A DNA stretch of 64,000 nt, taken from contig CAZOMY010000010.1 of assembly GCA_964581115.1 (NCBI GenBank), positions 8,764 through 72,763 on the forward strand, given 5' to 3'. Numbering within the stretch: position 1 is the first letter of the stretch; each line of letters opens with the position of its first letter. The translations under genes and the position numbers were made by a program. This DNA comes from an uncultured Ignavibacteriaceae bacterium (GTDB taxonomy: Bacteria; Bacteroidota; Ignavibacteria; UBA10030). Of this stretch, positions 28,915 through 37,499 are shown one piece after another. Under the pieces are notes generated by a model. The model did not search any database, was not told where the DNA came from, and was given only the letters and a program-made list of their open reading frames with translations.

Positions 28915-31419
28915 TCACTTCACGAGCAGCATCTTCCGGATGGCGGCGTTGGCTCCCGCCTCCAGCCGGAGGAAGTACACGCCGGATGCGATCGAGCGAC
29001 CCGACCGGTCGGCGTTGAACGTGACGACATACGAGCCGGCGTCCTGCGTGCGGTCGACCAGCGTCTCGACCTCGCGGCCCATCATGTCATACACCCGCAG
29101 ACTCACAGGACCCGACGTTGGAACGCTGTAGCGGATCTCCGTGGTGGGGTTGAACGGATTCGGATAGTTCTGGCCCAGCTCAAACGACGTCGCAACGTCG
29201 CTCACCTGTTCGACGCCGACCGTCGAGGACTTGTCGCCGATCCAGGTGTAGGTCCAGTAGAACATGTCGCTCCACGAGTTGTCGTTCGTCAGCGTCGAGT
29301 AGCACATGATGCCATCGCGCGTCGCCTTCGTGTCGCGGTCGTTGATGGCGAAGTCGATCGGGATGCGCATGCCTTCCACCGGCGAGAAGAGCGCGTCGCC
29401 GGCATGGAGCGCCGCCAGGTCCGTCCAGCGGATGCGCGCTTCAGACACGTAGCCCGGCGAAAGCAGCTTCTCCGTCCAAGCATAGTCGGCGCTGATGGTG
29501 TCAACCCGCTTGCCGCCGTTGTCGAGCCAGATGCGGTGCTTCGAGAACCGGAGGTGATAGTCCGGGGTCGCGCCGCGCGTGTAGCCTGAATGCCGCTTCC
29601 CGCGCCAGTCATACAAGCCCACGAAGATATCGGCGCAATCCTGCTCGTAGTCCGTCGCACCGATATCGACCAGAACGACGTCGTCGGTGACGTCGAAAGC
29701 GACATAGAGATAGGTCGCGTCCATGGCGACATAGGCCGTCGCCGACAGGTCGTTGTCGCCCGTGATCGGGAAATTCGGCACGGCATGCGCCGTTCCCGAC
29801 ACCGTCGACAGGACGAACGGCGTGATCGTCGACCATTCAGACAGATCGCCGTCGGCCGTAAAGGTCGCTGGACCCGTCTTCGAGATCGTCGGCACGCCTT
29901 TCGCCAGCGTCGTCACCGGGGTCGTCATGATGACCGGCGAACTCTCGTTGCCGGCCGGGTCCTTCGACACGACGCCGTAGTAGTAGGTGAGATTCGCATC
30001 GGTCTTCGGAACGCGGAGCGGATGCGTCGCCACCGCGCTGGTAATGTTGTACGGCGGCAGGTCTTCGACTGTCGAGTCGTCGACGGCGGTCCACGGATGG
30101 TCGGCGAAGTACACGTTGTAGCGAATGCCCGGCTCGTTCGGGACGTCGTTCCAGGTCACCAGATTGACGTAGCCGGTGCCCGCGCCCGCAAGGCCTGAAG
30201 GCGCATCCGGCGGAATGACGTCAAACTCGGGCGCCCCGGTCCACAGGTCGGTGATGTAGATGACCTTGCCTGCGATGCCGGAAGCTTCGGCCATGATGCC
30301 GAACGTGTTGACGTTCGACGAGTCAAAGCCCGTCGTGCCGTCCTGATAGACCATGTTTCGGAGGGCAAAGATGTAGTCGTGCCATGCACCGTCGGCGGTC
30401 GGGGTGAAGACCACGCCGACCTTTCCCTTCTGGCTGGGATCGCCCAGACGCGGAGACTCGAACTGAACGCGAAGCGCGCCGACCCCTGCTTCAGCCTTCA
30501 TCTTGAACTTGAGGCTGTCCTTCACCCAACCGCCGGCGAGGTTGAAACCGGGGTTGATGTCGAAGCCGATACCCGTCCAACCGTTGCCCCATTCGTTGCC
30601 CTGCGTCCACTTGATGGCGTTCGTCTTCGGCAACGGACCGGCGTTTAACTCGAGCGTGATCGATGATTGGCCCCAAGCCCACTTATTCGTGATCTGCGGC
30701 GAATAGTCGCGACCGTTGAACATAACGGCCGGCACCGCCCGCAACCCGAACCGCTGGAAACCGTCCAGCTTGAATTCGAGCGAGTCGGCCGGGAGGTTGG
30801 CACCCGGGTCCCAGCCAGAAGTCACGAACGCGATCTTCCAGCCGACGATCTTGTCGCGGTCGAACTTCTTGTTGTTGTAGGTGAAGCCGCCCCAGTTCGT
30901 CGGGGCGTAAACAAAGCCGGCGTCGCTCGGGACCGTCGAGCCGTCCGAGACCCGCTCGGTCAGGGGGATCTTCAGATTGACCCAGTCGCTCACGGCATCC
31001 AGGATCGTCGCGTTCTCATACAGCCAGTCCTCTCGCGTACCATCCGTCGAGTCGACGAGGTGGATGCGCATGACCATATTCGCCGGGATCTTCGGCGCTT
31101 CGGTCACCTTGATCCAGATGCTGACGGAATCGCTGATGCTGATGTCGACCACGGTACCGCTCGGCCAGCGCGCCTCGATCTGCGAGAAGGAACCCCATCC
31201 ATGGAACGCACCAATGGCCGTCCGGATGTTCGTCGAAGCGATCCCCTCCTGCTTGTCGGCGAGGTCTTGCGTCATCCTGATGTACGTCGGAGCCCCTTCC
31301 GACGCAAAAAAGAATGCCGAATCGGGATTCGGGGTATCAAAGGACTCGATGACCGTCTGGCCGAATGCCGGAACGGCAACGAGCGCCATGATGACCAGTA
31401 GGAACTGTAGCATCCGCAT
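28915..31419 (-). CDS. Non-catalytic T9SS cargo with two galactose-binding-fold/CBM-like domains, Fn3-like and CBM9/DOMON-like sugar-binding domain
   Basis: Strong RBS AAAGGAGA; signal peptide; aromatic-rich jelly-roll-like segments; DVIPPDAPSGL Fn3 start; ADGDLSEW...DLSATAYVAMDATYLYVAFDVTDD CBM9-like; CTD QNYPNPFNPTT...SGVYFLRL. No GH catalytic motif recognised. Confidence 0.75.
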   Translation of the reverse strand: MRMLQFLLVIMALVAVPAFGQTVIESFDTPNPDSAFFFASEGAPTYIRMTQDLADKQEGIASTNIRTAIGAFHGWGSFSQIEARWPSGTVVDISISDSVSIWIKVTEAPKIPANMVMRIHLVDSTDGTREDWLYENATILDAVSDWVNLKIPLTERVSDGSTVPSDAGFVYAPTNWGGFTYNNKKFDRDKIVGWKIAFVTSGWDPGANLPADSLEFKLDGFQRFGLRAVPAVMFNGRDYSPQITNKWAWGQSSITLELNAGPLPKTNAIKWTQGNEWGNGWTGIGFDINPGFNLAGGWVKDSLKFKMKAEAGVGALRVQFESPRLGDPSQKGKVGVVFTPTADGAWHDYIFALRNMVYQDGTTGFDSSNVNTFGIMAEASGIAGKVIYITDLWTGAPEFDVIPPDAPSGLAGAGTGYVNLVTWNDVPNEPGIRYNVYFADHPWTAVDDSTVEDLPPYNITSAVATHPLRVPKTDANLTYYYGVVSKDPAGNESSPVIMTTPVTTLAKGVPTISKTGPATFTADGDLSEWSTITPFVLSTVSGTAHAVPNFPITGDNDLSATAYVAMDATYLYVAFDVTDDVVLVDIGATDYEQDCADIFVGLYDWRGKRHSGYTRGATPDYHLRFSKHRIWLDNGGKRVDTISADYAWTEKLLSPGYVSEARIRWTDLAALHAGDALFSPVEGMRIPIDFAINDRDTKATRDGIMCYSTLTNDNSWSDMFYWTYTWIGDKSSTVGVEQVSDVATSFELGQNYPNPFNPTTEIRYSVPTSGPVSLRVYDMMGREVETLVDRTQDAGSYVVTFNADRSGRSIASGVYFLRLEAGANAAIRKMLLVK

Positions 31420-31452
31420 ATGCGGTCTCCTTTGAGACAGTGAAAGGGTGAT

Positions 31453-31469
31453 TGCAGATTGGCTGCCAG
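31453..31469 (-). promoter_or_regulatory. Sigma-54 (-24/-12) promoter of the 14-gene locus
   Basis: Minus strand cTGGCAGCCAATCTGCA, GG-N10-GC; predicted start near 31442, about 23 nt before ATG 31419; a sigma-54 activator is encoded 260 bp upstream. Confidence 0.75.
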
Positions 31470-31732
31470 GAGCGCCGACGGCCTGTTGACTGGCAGCCGG
31501 GGACCACCTCCAAGACCGGCTGTGGAATCAATCTTCGTACCACGCTGAGTTGCCTGTTTTCCGTCAACAGAGGGGAATGCGACGGCGATAGAGAGCAAAA
31601 AATTATCGGAACAATAATATCCCTTCCCGCTACCAACAGCGTGGATCCGCCTTCGCAAGGAGGCCGAATCCTCAAGAAATGAACGAATTGAACGTTTATG
31701 AAGGGTGGACCGTGCTGTGGACCCGACAGGGA

Positions 31733-33193
31733 TCAGGACTTGAGCCCCAAGTCCTTGCACATTCGATGATAGTTCGGGGGTGCCAGGCCAAGTTTCTTCG
31801 CGGCCTCGGCATCGGAAGAGGAATTCGACCGGACAAACTGGAAATACCGGAGACGGAACAACCTCTCCATCTCACGCAACGGCAAAAGATCGTCCGTACT
31901 GCTGAAAGCAATAGTGTGCGGGCTGTCTGGCGGGGGGATCGCAGGGGCGAGGGAGAGGTATTCCGACACGATGTCGGCCGTGATCACCGACTCGCCCATC
32001 AGCAGCAGGCGCTGTACGACATTCTTGAGCTCGCGCACATTGCCCGGCCAGGCGTAACCGGCGAGCACGCGGTGGGCGCCGTCCTCCGTCATCGGCGCAG
32101 GCACGCCCATGTCGAGGCTCATCTGGCGGACAAAATGTTCCCACAAGACGGGAACATCCTCTTTCCGGTCCTTGAGCGATGGAAGGTGGATCGGCACGAC
32201 GTTCAGACGATAGAACAGGTCTTCGCGGAATCGACCGGAGGAGATCTCGTTCTGAAGGATCTTGTTCGTAGCCGCAATGATCCGGACATCGACCTTGGTA
32301 CGGTGTGTCCGTCCGATCTTTTCGATCTCGCCGTCCTGCAACACCCTCAGCAGCTTGACCTGCGCCGGCAATGGGAGCTCGGCGACCTCGTCAAGAAAGA
32401 TCGTTCCGCGATGGCCCGCCTCGAACAGGCCGATCTTGGGACGGTCGGCTCCCGTGAAGGATCCCTTTTCGTGTCCGAACAGTTCGCTCTCAACAAGATG
32501 ATCGGGAATGCTTCCGCAATTGATCGGCACATAGTTCTCCAGCCGGCGGCCGCTCTGATAATGGATCTGCGATGCCACGAGTTCCTTCCCCGTGCCCGAC
32601 GCGCCGCTGATCAAGACGGAGGCATCGGTTGAAGCCACCTGGCGGACCTGCGCCCGGACCTTTTGGATCGCAGGCGAGACGCCGATCAACCGCGTGCGAG
32701 CCAGCACCTCCTCGGCATTACGGACCAGTTTGCCTTCGGTTCGGTCCTGCTCGCGTCGCAGCCGGCGTTGTTCCGCTGCGTTGACAATGCTGAGGATAAA
32801 ATCCGTCGGCTGATAGATCGCCTCCTCAATGTCGGTCGGATACTTCGTGCAATACCAGAACGCACCGGACTTGAGAAGCCGGTTGGCGAACTCATAGTCG
32901 GTGATGTTCACCGTCATCTTGGTGATGACGATGATGGGCAGCGACGGTTGCCAGCGTTTGATCTCGCGAATGAGCGCCTCGCCCATCACACCACCCGCGA
33001 TCTGCATGTCCATGATGACGACGTCGAGGTTCTCCCCTTCCGCACGAACGAGGTCGATCGCCGCGTCGCCATGCGACACGACCTGCCGGATCTGCAGCTG
33101 TTCGGCGAAGGGCTGCAGCGTACGGCGGACGCGGCGCACGTCGAAAGCCTCGTCTTCGATCAGCAGGATCCGTACCGGGTGGGCGACGAGCAT
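31733..33193 (-). CDS. Sigma-54-dependent response regulator (NtrC/NtrX-like: REC + AAA+ + HTH)
   Basis: ILLIEDE, VIMDMQ (phospho-Asp), Walker A GASGTGKE, ESELFGHEKGSFTGA, Walker B IFLDEV, RFREDLFYRLNV, WPGNVREL, C-terminal AAKKLGL. True start 33193. Confidence 0.93.
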   Translation of the reverse strand: MLVAHPVRILLIEDEAFDVRRVRRTLQPFAEQLQIRQVVSHGDAAIDLVRAEGENLDVVIMDMQIAGGVMGEALIREIKRWQPSLPIIVITKMTVNITDYEFANRLLKSGAFWYCTKYPTDIEEAIYQPTDFILSIVNAAEQRRLRREQDRTEGKLVRNAEEVLARTRLIGVSPAIQKVRAQVRQVASTDASVLISGASGTGKELVASQIHYQSGRRLENYVPINCGSIPDHLVESELFGHEKGSFTGADRPKIGLFEAGHRGTIFLDEVAELPLPAQVKLLRVLQDGEIEKIGRTHRTKVDVRIIAATNKILQNEISSGRFREDLFYRLNVVPIHLPSLKDRKEDVPVLWEHFVRQMSLDMGVPAPMTEDGAHRVLAGYAWPGNVRELKNVVQRLLLMGESVITADIVSEYLSLAPAIPPPDSPHTIAFSSTDDLLPLREMERLFRLRYFQFVRSNSSSDAEAAKKLGLAPPNYHRMCKDLGLKS

Positions 33194-33210
33194 ACGCGAA
33201 TGGGGATCGT

Positions 33211-34713
33211 TCAGGCCGTGAAGGCGAAGGTGAATCGGGCGCCGCTTCCCGGGATGTTCTCTGCATTCAGCGACCACCCGAGACGTTGGGTGGCGATCTC
33301 GTGAGCGATGAAGCAGCCGTAGCCGGAGTGTTCCTTGGATCCTTGGGGCGCGGCGCTGACATGCTCCAGGAACAGCCGCTGGATGCCTCGGACGTCGGGC
33401 TGAAGCAGTTCGTTGCGGATGCCACGGCCATTGTCCTCGACGACGATCGTGGCCTGCCGGGAGGATGCGTCGTAGGTTGTGCGCACGTGCACCACGACGC
33501 CTGCAACGCCCGCGTGGTCGAGGGCGTTCTGGAGCACCGGTTCGACGATCTCCCACAGGACATATTCATTGACGGCGACGCAAGGCAGGTGGGGGTCGAG
33601 GTCGAGGTCGAACCGGAACGTGGAGGTTCCGCCGGCGACACGGCGGAAAATGTTGTCGACCAAGAATCGAAGGACCTCGTTGATGTCGGTCGAGAACATC
33701 GGCCCGCGCACGGTCTGGATCGGCGGGTCGTACCATTTCATATCATAGATGACGCGGGCAATGAAGCTGGCGTACTTGCCGATGCGATACCGCACCTCCT
33801 CCATGTTGGCCACGGTCATCGAGCGGAGATCTTCCTTGATGAAGCCTCCGATCTTCTCAGCCTTATGGTGGGCATGATAGATCCTCTTGGCGAAGATCGT
33901 CTCTTTTTGATGATGGATCTCATCGGCCAGATGGCGCTTCTGCTCCTCGAACAGCGCCTGGAGGGCGTCGTTCCGCTCGCGGAGCGTGCGCGTCGACACC
34001 ACGTACATCCCAAGAAACCCTATGAAGATCAGGCCGGCATAGACCAGCGCCGTCTGGTCGTTGATCGCCGAAAGGGCGCCGGTCAAGAATGAGAGGTCGG
34101 GGGCGCTCTTCATATAGACGGCCCCGGCAAACTCACCCTGCGGCACAAAGGGCACGAACACGTGAAAAGCCCCGAGGTCATCGACCACGGTGGTGATCTG
34201 CTCCCGATGGCGCAGACGCGGCTCCAGCATGCGGTACCATCGCAAGGCTTCGGCATGCGCGACCGTATCGCTCCGAACGTGTCCCCCCTCGCGGTACAGC
34301 AGCTCGAACAGCTCTTGCCCGTCGTCCACGATCGCGAGTCCCTCCGGCCCTCGGATGAGAATGCAGACACTCTGGACGTTCTTGTCGAGCAACTGTTGGC
34401 TGAAGATGATGTTGAACTCCTGCACGATCTGCAGGGCCCGGTCGTCGCTCATCGACTGTCGCGTCGGGTGCGATTCGAGCAGCAGTTCGATCGACGTGGC
34501 TGAAAGGTTGGCGATGCGTTCGGCGGCGTCCTGTCGGTACCACTGCTGGGTCTGGTCGAACACGTCGTGGAGCGCGCTTTGGTTCAGGAACAGGACGATG
34601 ATTTGAAAGCCGATCAACACCAACAGCAGAACGGTGAGATGGCGGATCTCGAACCGGTATTTGCGCAGCGGATGCAGGAGCGCTGCGAAACGGGCCTGGA
34701 AATCGGGCCTCAT
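33211..34713 (-). CDS. Membrane sensor histidine kinase with periplasmic domain and atypical H-box
   Basis: Two TM helices flanking a ~190 aa periplasmic domain; HATPase VLQNALDH, VEDNGRGI, HSGYGCFI; H-box region reads RIYHAHHKAEKIG. Confidence 0.8.
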   Translation of the reverse strand: MRPDFQARFAALLHPLRKYRFEIRHLTVLLLVLIGFQIIVLFLNQSALHDVFDQTQQWYRQDAAERIANLSATSIELLLESHPTRQSMSDDRALQIVQEFNIIFSQQLLDKNVQSVCILIRGPEGLAIVDDGQELFELLYREGGHVRSDTVAHAEALRWYRMLEPRLRHREQITTVVDDLGAFHVFVPFVPQGEFAGAVYMKSAPDLSFLTGALSAINDQTALVYAGLIFIGFLGMYVVSTRTLRERNDALQALFEEQKRHLADEIHHQKETIFAKRIYHAHHKAEKIGGFIKEDLRSMTVANMEEVRYRIGKYASFIARVIYDMKWYDPPIQTVRGPMFSTDINEVLRFLVDNIFRRVAGGTSTFRFDLDLDPHLPCVAVNEYVLWEIVEPVLQNALDHAGVAGVVVHVRTTYDASSRQATIVVEDNGRGIRNELLQPDVRGIQRLFLEHVSAAPQGSKEHSGYGCFIAHEIATQRLGWSLNAENIPGSGARFTFAFTA

Positions 34714-36014
34714 TTGAGCAACACCGTGTTCGTGCGGACCATGGCGTCGGCCTGTCGGAGAGCGTCGTCGACGGCCAGCTCACCCCGGATCGCACGGTGG
34801 AAGTAATGCGAGACGACGTCGGACGTGCGGGTGTAGTCGACGATCATCGGTCGGTGAAAGCCGCGCTGGACGAGTCCGTGGTAGAAGGAGAGTTCGGGAT
34901 GCGCAACGATCAGGCTCGAATCGCGATACACCTCCGAATGGACCGGAATGAAGCCGCTCCGTACGAACAGGAGCCGCTGCGAGCGTGGGGCTTGAAGGAA
35001 TCTGATGAATTCAACCGCCTCGGCCTTCTTCAACGAAGCACGCGAGACCATCAGGTTCCATCCGCCGAACACCGACCGCGAAGCGCCGCCTCGGCTGTGC
35101 GGCAGGGGCGCCCGTCCCACCGAACGAAGCTTGGCCGTGTCCGGGTAGAACCCGGCGAAGTTCTCGATAAAATTCGGCCACCCTCGCACGAAGACGGCGT
35201 CGCGGTCCAGGAAGTACCGATAGCTTTGATTCTCGTCGAAGACGGTCGCCTCCGCCGGCGTCCACCCCTCCTGCACGAAGCGTATAAGACGTGCCAGAGC
35301 AGATTTCGCCGCCGGTACTCTCATATCGAGCCTGTTCCGATCGAGATAGGTGCTGTCGTCTCCCATAGCTTGTTCAAGGAAGCAACAGACCAGGCCTTCG
35401 TAGGCCTTGGCAGGGTAGAGAAAGAACGGGCGATGCTCGTACCCCATGCGCCGGCGCAGCGCATCCAGTTCGTCCCATGTCATCCCCTCCTGCAATCGCC
35501 GCTCGACCGCCGCGCCGTCGGGCAGGCTTCGAATGAGGTCCCGCCGATAGTAGAGGAGCCCGACGTCGAGATACATCGGAGCCGCGACGAGCGTGTCGCC
35601 GACGATGCACGAGGACAGCGCCGTGGCCATGAACTTGTTGCGCTCGTCGGGAGGAAAGTAGGCGTCGAGCGGCTCTCCCCACCGGGCGAACCTTGAGACC
35701 CAGATCAGGTCCACCGCGAACACGTCGAGCTTCTCGCTCTTGCTGCGCAGGGAGCGCGCAAGCAACTCCTTGCGCTCATTCGTCGAGAATTTGTCGAATG
35801 GCAGGTCGACCGGCACCACTTCGATCCGGCCGGCATAACGACGGTTAAACTCGGCGATCAGCTCGCGATGAGCCTGCGAGATATGGTCGGCGTAGTAGAC
35901 GCGAACCGGATCGGAGCCGTTGGCCGGGCCCAATGGAGGTCGGAGGTACGCGTTCAGGGCCAGCAACAGCGCAAAGCTGGCCGCCACGAGCAGGGCAAGG
36001 TTCCTCAGCCGCAT
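34710..36014 (-). CDS. Extracellular sugar-binding protein (ABC SBP family 1 fold) with no ABC permease/ATPase nearby
   Basis: LDVFAVDLIWVSRFA, DVGLLYYRRDL, TWDEL, YEGLVC, AVFVRGWP, SVFGGWNLMVS, EAVEFIRFL; ATGA overlap with the kinase. Confidence 0.88.
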   Translation of the reverse strand: MRLRNLALLVAASFALLLALNAYLRPPLGPANGSDPVRVYYADHISQAHRELIAEFNRRYAGRIEVVPVDLPFDKFSTNERKELLARSLRSKSEKLDVFAVDLIWVSRFARWGEPLDAYFPPDERNKFMATALSSCIVGDTLVAAPMYLDVGLLYYRRDLIRSLPDGAAVERRLQEGMTWDELDALRRRMGYEHRPFFLYPAKAYEGLVCCFLEQAMGDDSTYLDRNRLDMRVPAAKSALARLIRFVQEGWTPAEATVFDENQSYRYFLDRDAVFVRGWPNFIENFAGFYPDTAKLRSVGRAPLPHSRGGASRSVFGGWNLMVSRASLKKAEAVEFIRFLQAPRSQRLLFVRSGFIPVHSEVYRDSSLIVAHPELSFYHGLVQRGFHRPMIVDYTRTSDVVSHYFHRAIRGELAVDDALRQADAMVRTNTVLLK

Positions 36015-36056
36015 GGGCAGGCCTGTTCAAGATCGGACGTCATCGGCGTTCGTCGA

Positions 36057-37337
36057 TCACCGTCGGCCGCGACCCGTCGCTGGCTTCTTGGTGGGAGGCC
36101 TCACGGCACGGCGGGACGGTGATGCCGATCGCCTCGCCCCCATACCCGCCAGGATCGCCACCACATGCTCCTGCATCGGAAGTCCGGGCACGATCACCTC
36201 GCCCGATGGCGAAATGACGACGTCGATCTCGCTCCGAACCCCGAACCGGTCGCGCAGATAGATGCCCGGCTCGATCGAGAAGGAGGTCGACGGCAGAATG
36301 CGCCGTTCATCGTGTGTTTCAAGGTTGTCCATGTTGGCGCCGTTGCCGTGGATCTCTTCGCCGATCGAATGGCCGGTACGATGGACGAAGAAGTCTCCGT
36401 AGCCGTGGGCCGCGATGTACCTTCTCGCGGCGTCGTCCACCTCGTACCCGCAGATCGGCTGCTTCTCTGCAAACCGCTTGCGGACGAGCGCCAGGGCCGC
36501 ATCCCTTCCACCCTTCACCACCTGGAAGACCTTCTCATACTCGTCGGGAACCGTCTCGCCGATGAACCCCGTCCACGTGATGTCGGCATACACCGCTCGC
36601 GCTTTCTTTTTCTTCGCCCACAGGTCGAGAAGAACGAAGTCGCCTTTCTTGAGCGGGCTGTGGACCTCTTTGGTCGGTTCGTAGTGCGGATTGGCGCTGT
36701 TGGCGTTGACCGAACAATTGGGGTCGCTTTCGGTATGGAGGCCCCGCTTCTTGAACTCGTCGAGCATGTATTGCTGGACGTCGTATTCCGTGGTCTTCTT
36801 GCCCGCCGCGATGCGGTCGCGGATGAACCCGAATACTTTGTCGACGATCTCGCGCAGATGCTTCGCGGTTACGGCGTTGTCCTTCATCTGCTCGTCATCC
36901 CAGACCGCCTCGAAGGCCGCTACCAGGTTGGCCGACGATACGACCTGTACACCTGCCGATCGAACGAGCTCCACGGTGCCGGCGTCGACGGTGGACACGT
37001 ACGGGATGGCGCACTGCGGCGAGTATTCCATGGCCACATTCCTCGCACCGGCAAGGATCTGCTTCAGGCCCTCTGCCAGCGACGGCCAGCTCAGATAGAC
37101 CGTCTTCAAGCCCGGTGCGGTGTCAAGGTTCCATTCCTCGATACGGTGGACAAGCTTGCGCGGCTCACCGTTGGCCGGAATATAGAAGAAGTACCGCCGC
37201 GTGCACATGATGTGCTTCGGCAGGTCCAGTAACCGCGTGGCGAACACGTTCGACCCGCGGAAGTTGTAGAGTAGCCAACCGTCGAGGCCCTCGGAGCGGA
37301 GAACCCTCTGGATCTCCTGAATTCTAGCAGAGGTCAT
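36057..37337 (-). CDS. M24 family (Xaa-Pro) metallopeptidase
   Basis: LLDLWAK, YADITWT, HRTGHSIG, FSIEPGIY, RSEIDV; start MTSARIQ at 37337. Confidence 0.9.
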   Translation of the reverse strand: MTSARIQEIQRVLRSEGLDGWLLYNFRGSNVFATRLLDLPKHIMCTRRYFFYIPANGEPRKLVHRIEEWNLDTAPGLKTVYLSWPSLAEGLKQILAGARNVAMEYSPQCAIPYVSTVDAGTVELVRSAGVQVVSSANLVAAFEAVWDDEQMKDNAVTAKHLREIVDKVFGFIRDRIAAGKKTTEYDVQQYMLDEFKKRGLHTESDPNCSVNANSANPHYEPTKEVHSPLKKGDFVLLDLWAKKKKARAVYADITWTGFIGETVPDEYEKVFQVVKGGRDAALALVRKRFAEKQPICGYEVDDAARRYIAAHGYGDFFVHRTGHSIGEEIHGNGANMDNLETHDERRILPSTSFSIEPGIYLRDRFGVRSEIDVVISPSGEVIVPGLPMQEHVVAILAGMGARRSASPSRRAVRPPTKKPATGRGRR

Positions 37338-37351
37338 TGGTATACCCTTTT

Positions 37352-37437
37352 GATTGCGGATTGCGGATTGGCGATTTCGGATTATCATAGGAGGACTTCC
37401 GCCGATAATCTGAAATCCACATTCCGCAATTCGAAAT
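37352..37437. repeat. Inverted pair of degenerate heptamer arrays (GATTGCG/GATTTCG units)
   Basis: Left arm GATTGCGGATTGCGGATTGGCGATTTCGGATTATC; right arm GATAATCTGAAATCCACATTCCGCAATTCGAAAT; 17-nt spacer. Confidence 0.75.
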
Positions 37438-37499
37438 GATCCAGTACAAACACTGAAGCCCAGGATTTCTCCCGGGCTCCAATGTAATCCGTCTTCTTC

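Noticed and set aside
31526-31538. IHF site in the sigma-54 upstream region (AATCAA-TCTT-CGT)
   Set aside because: Matches only the WATCAA half, not the TTR half.
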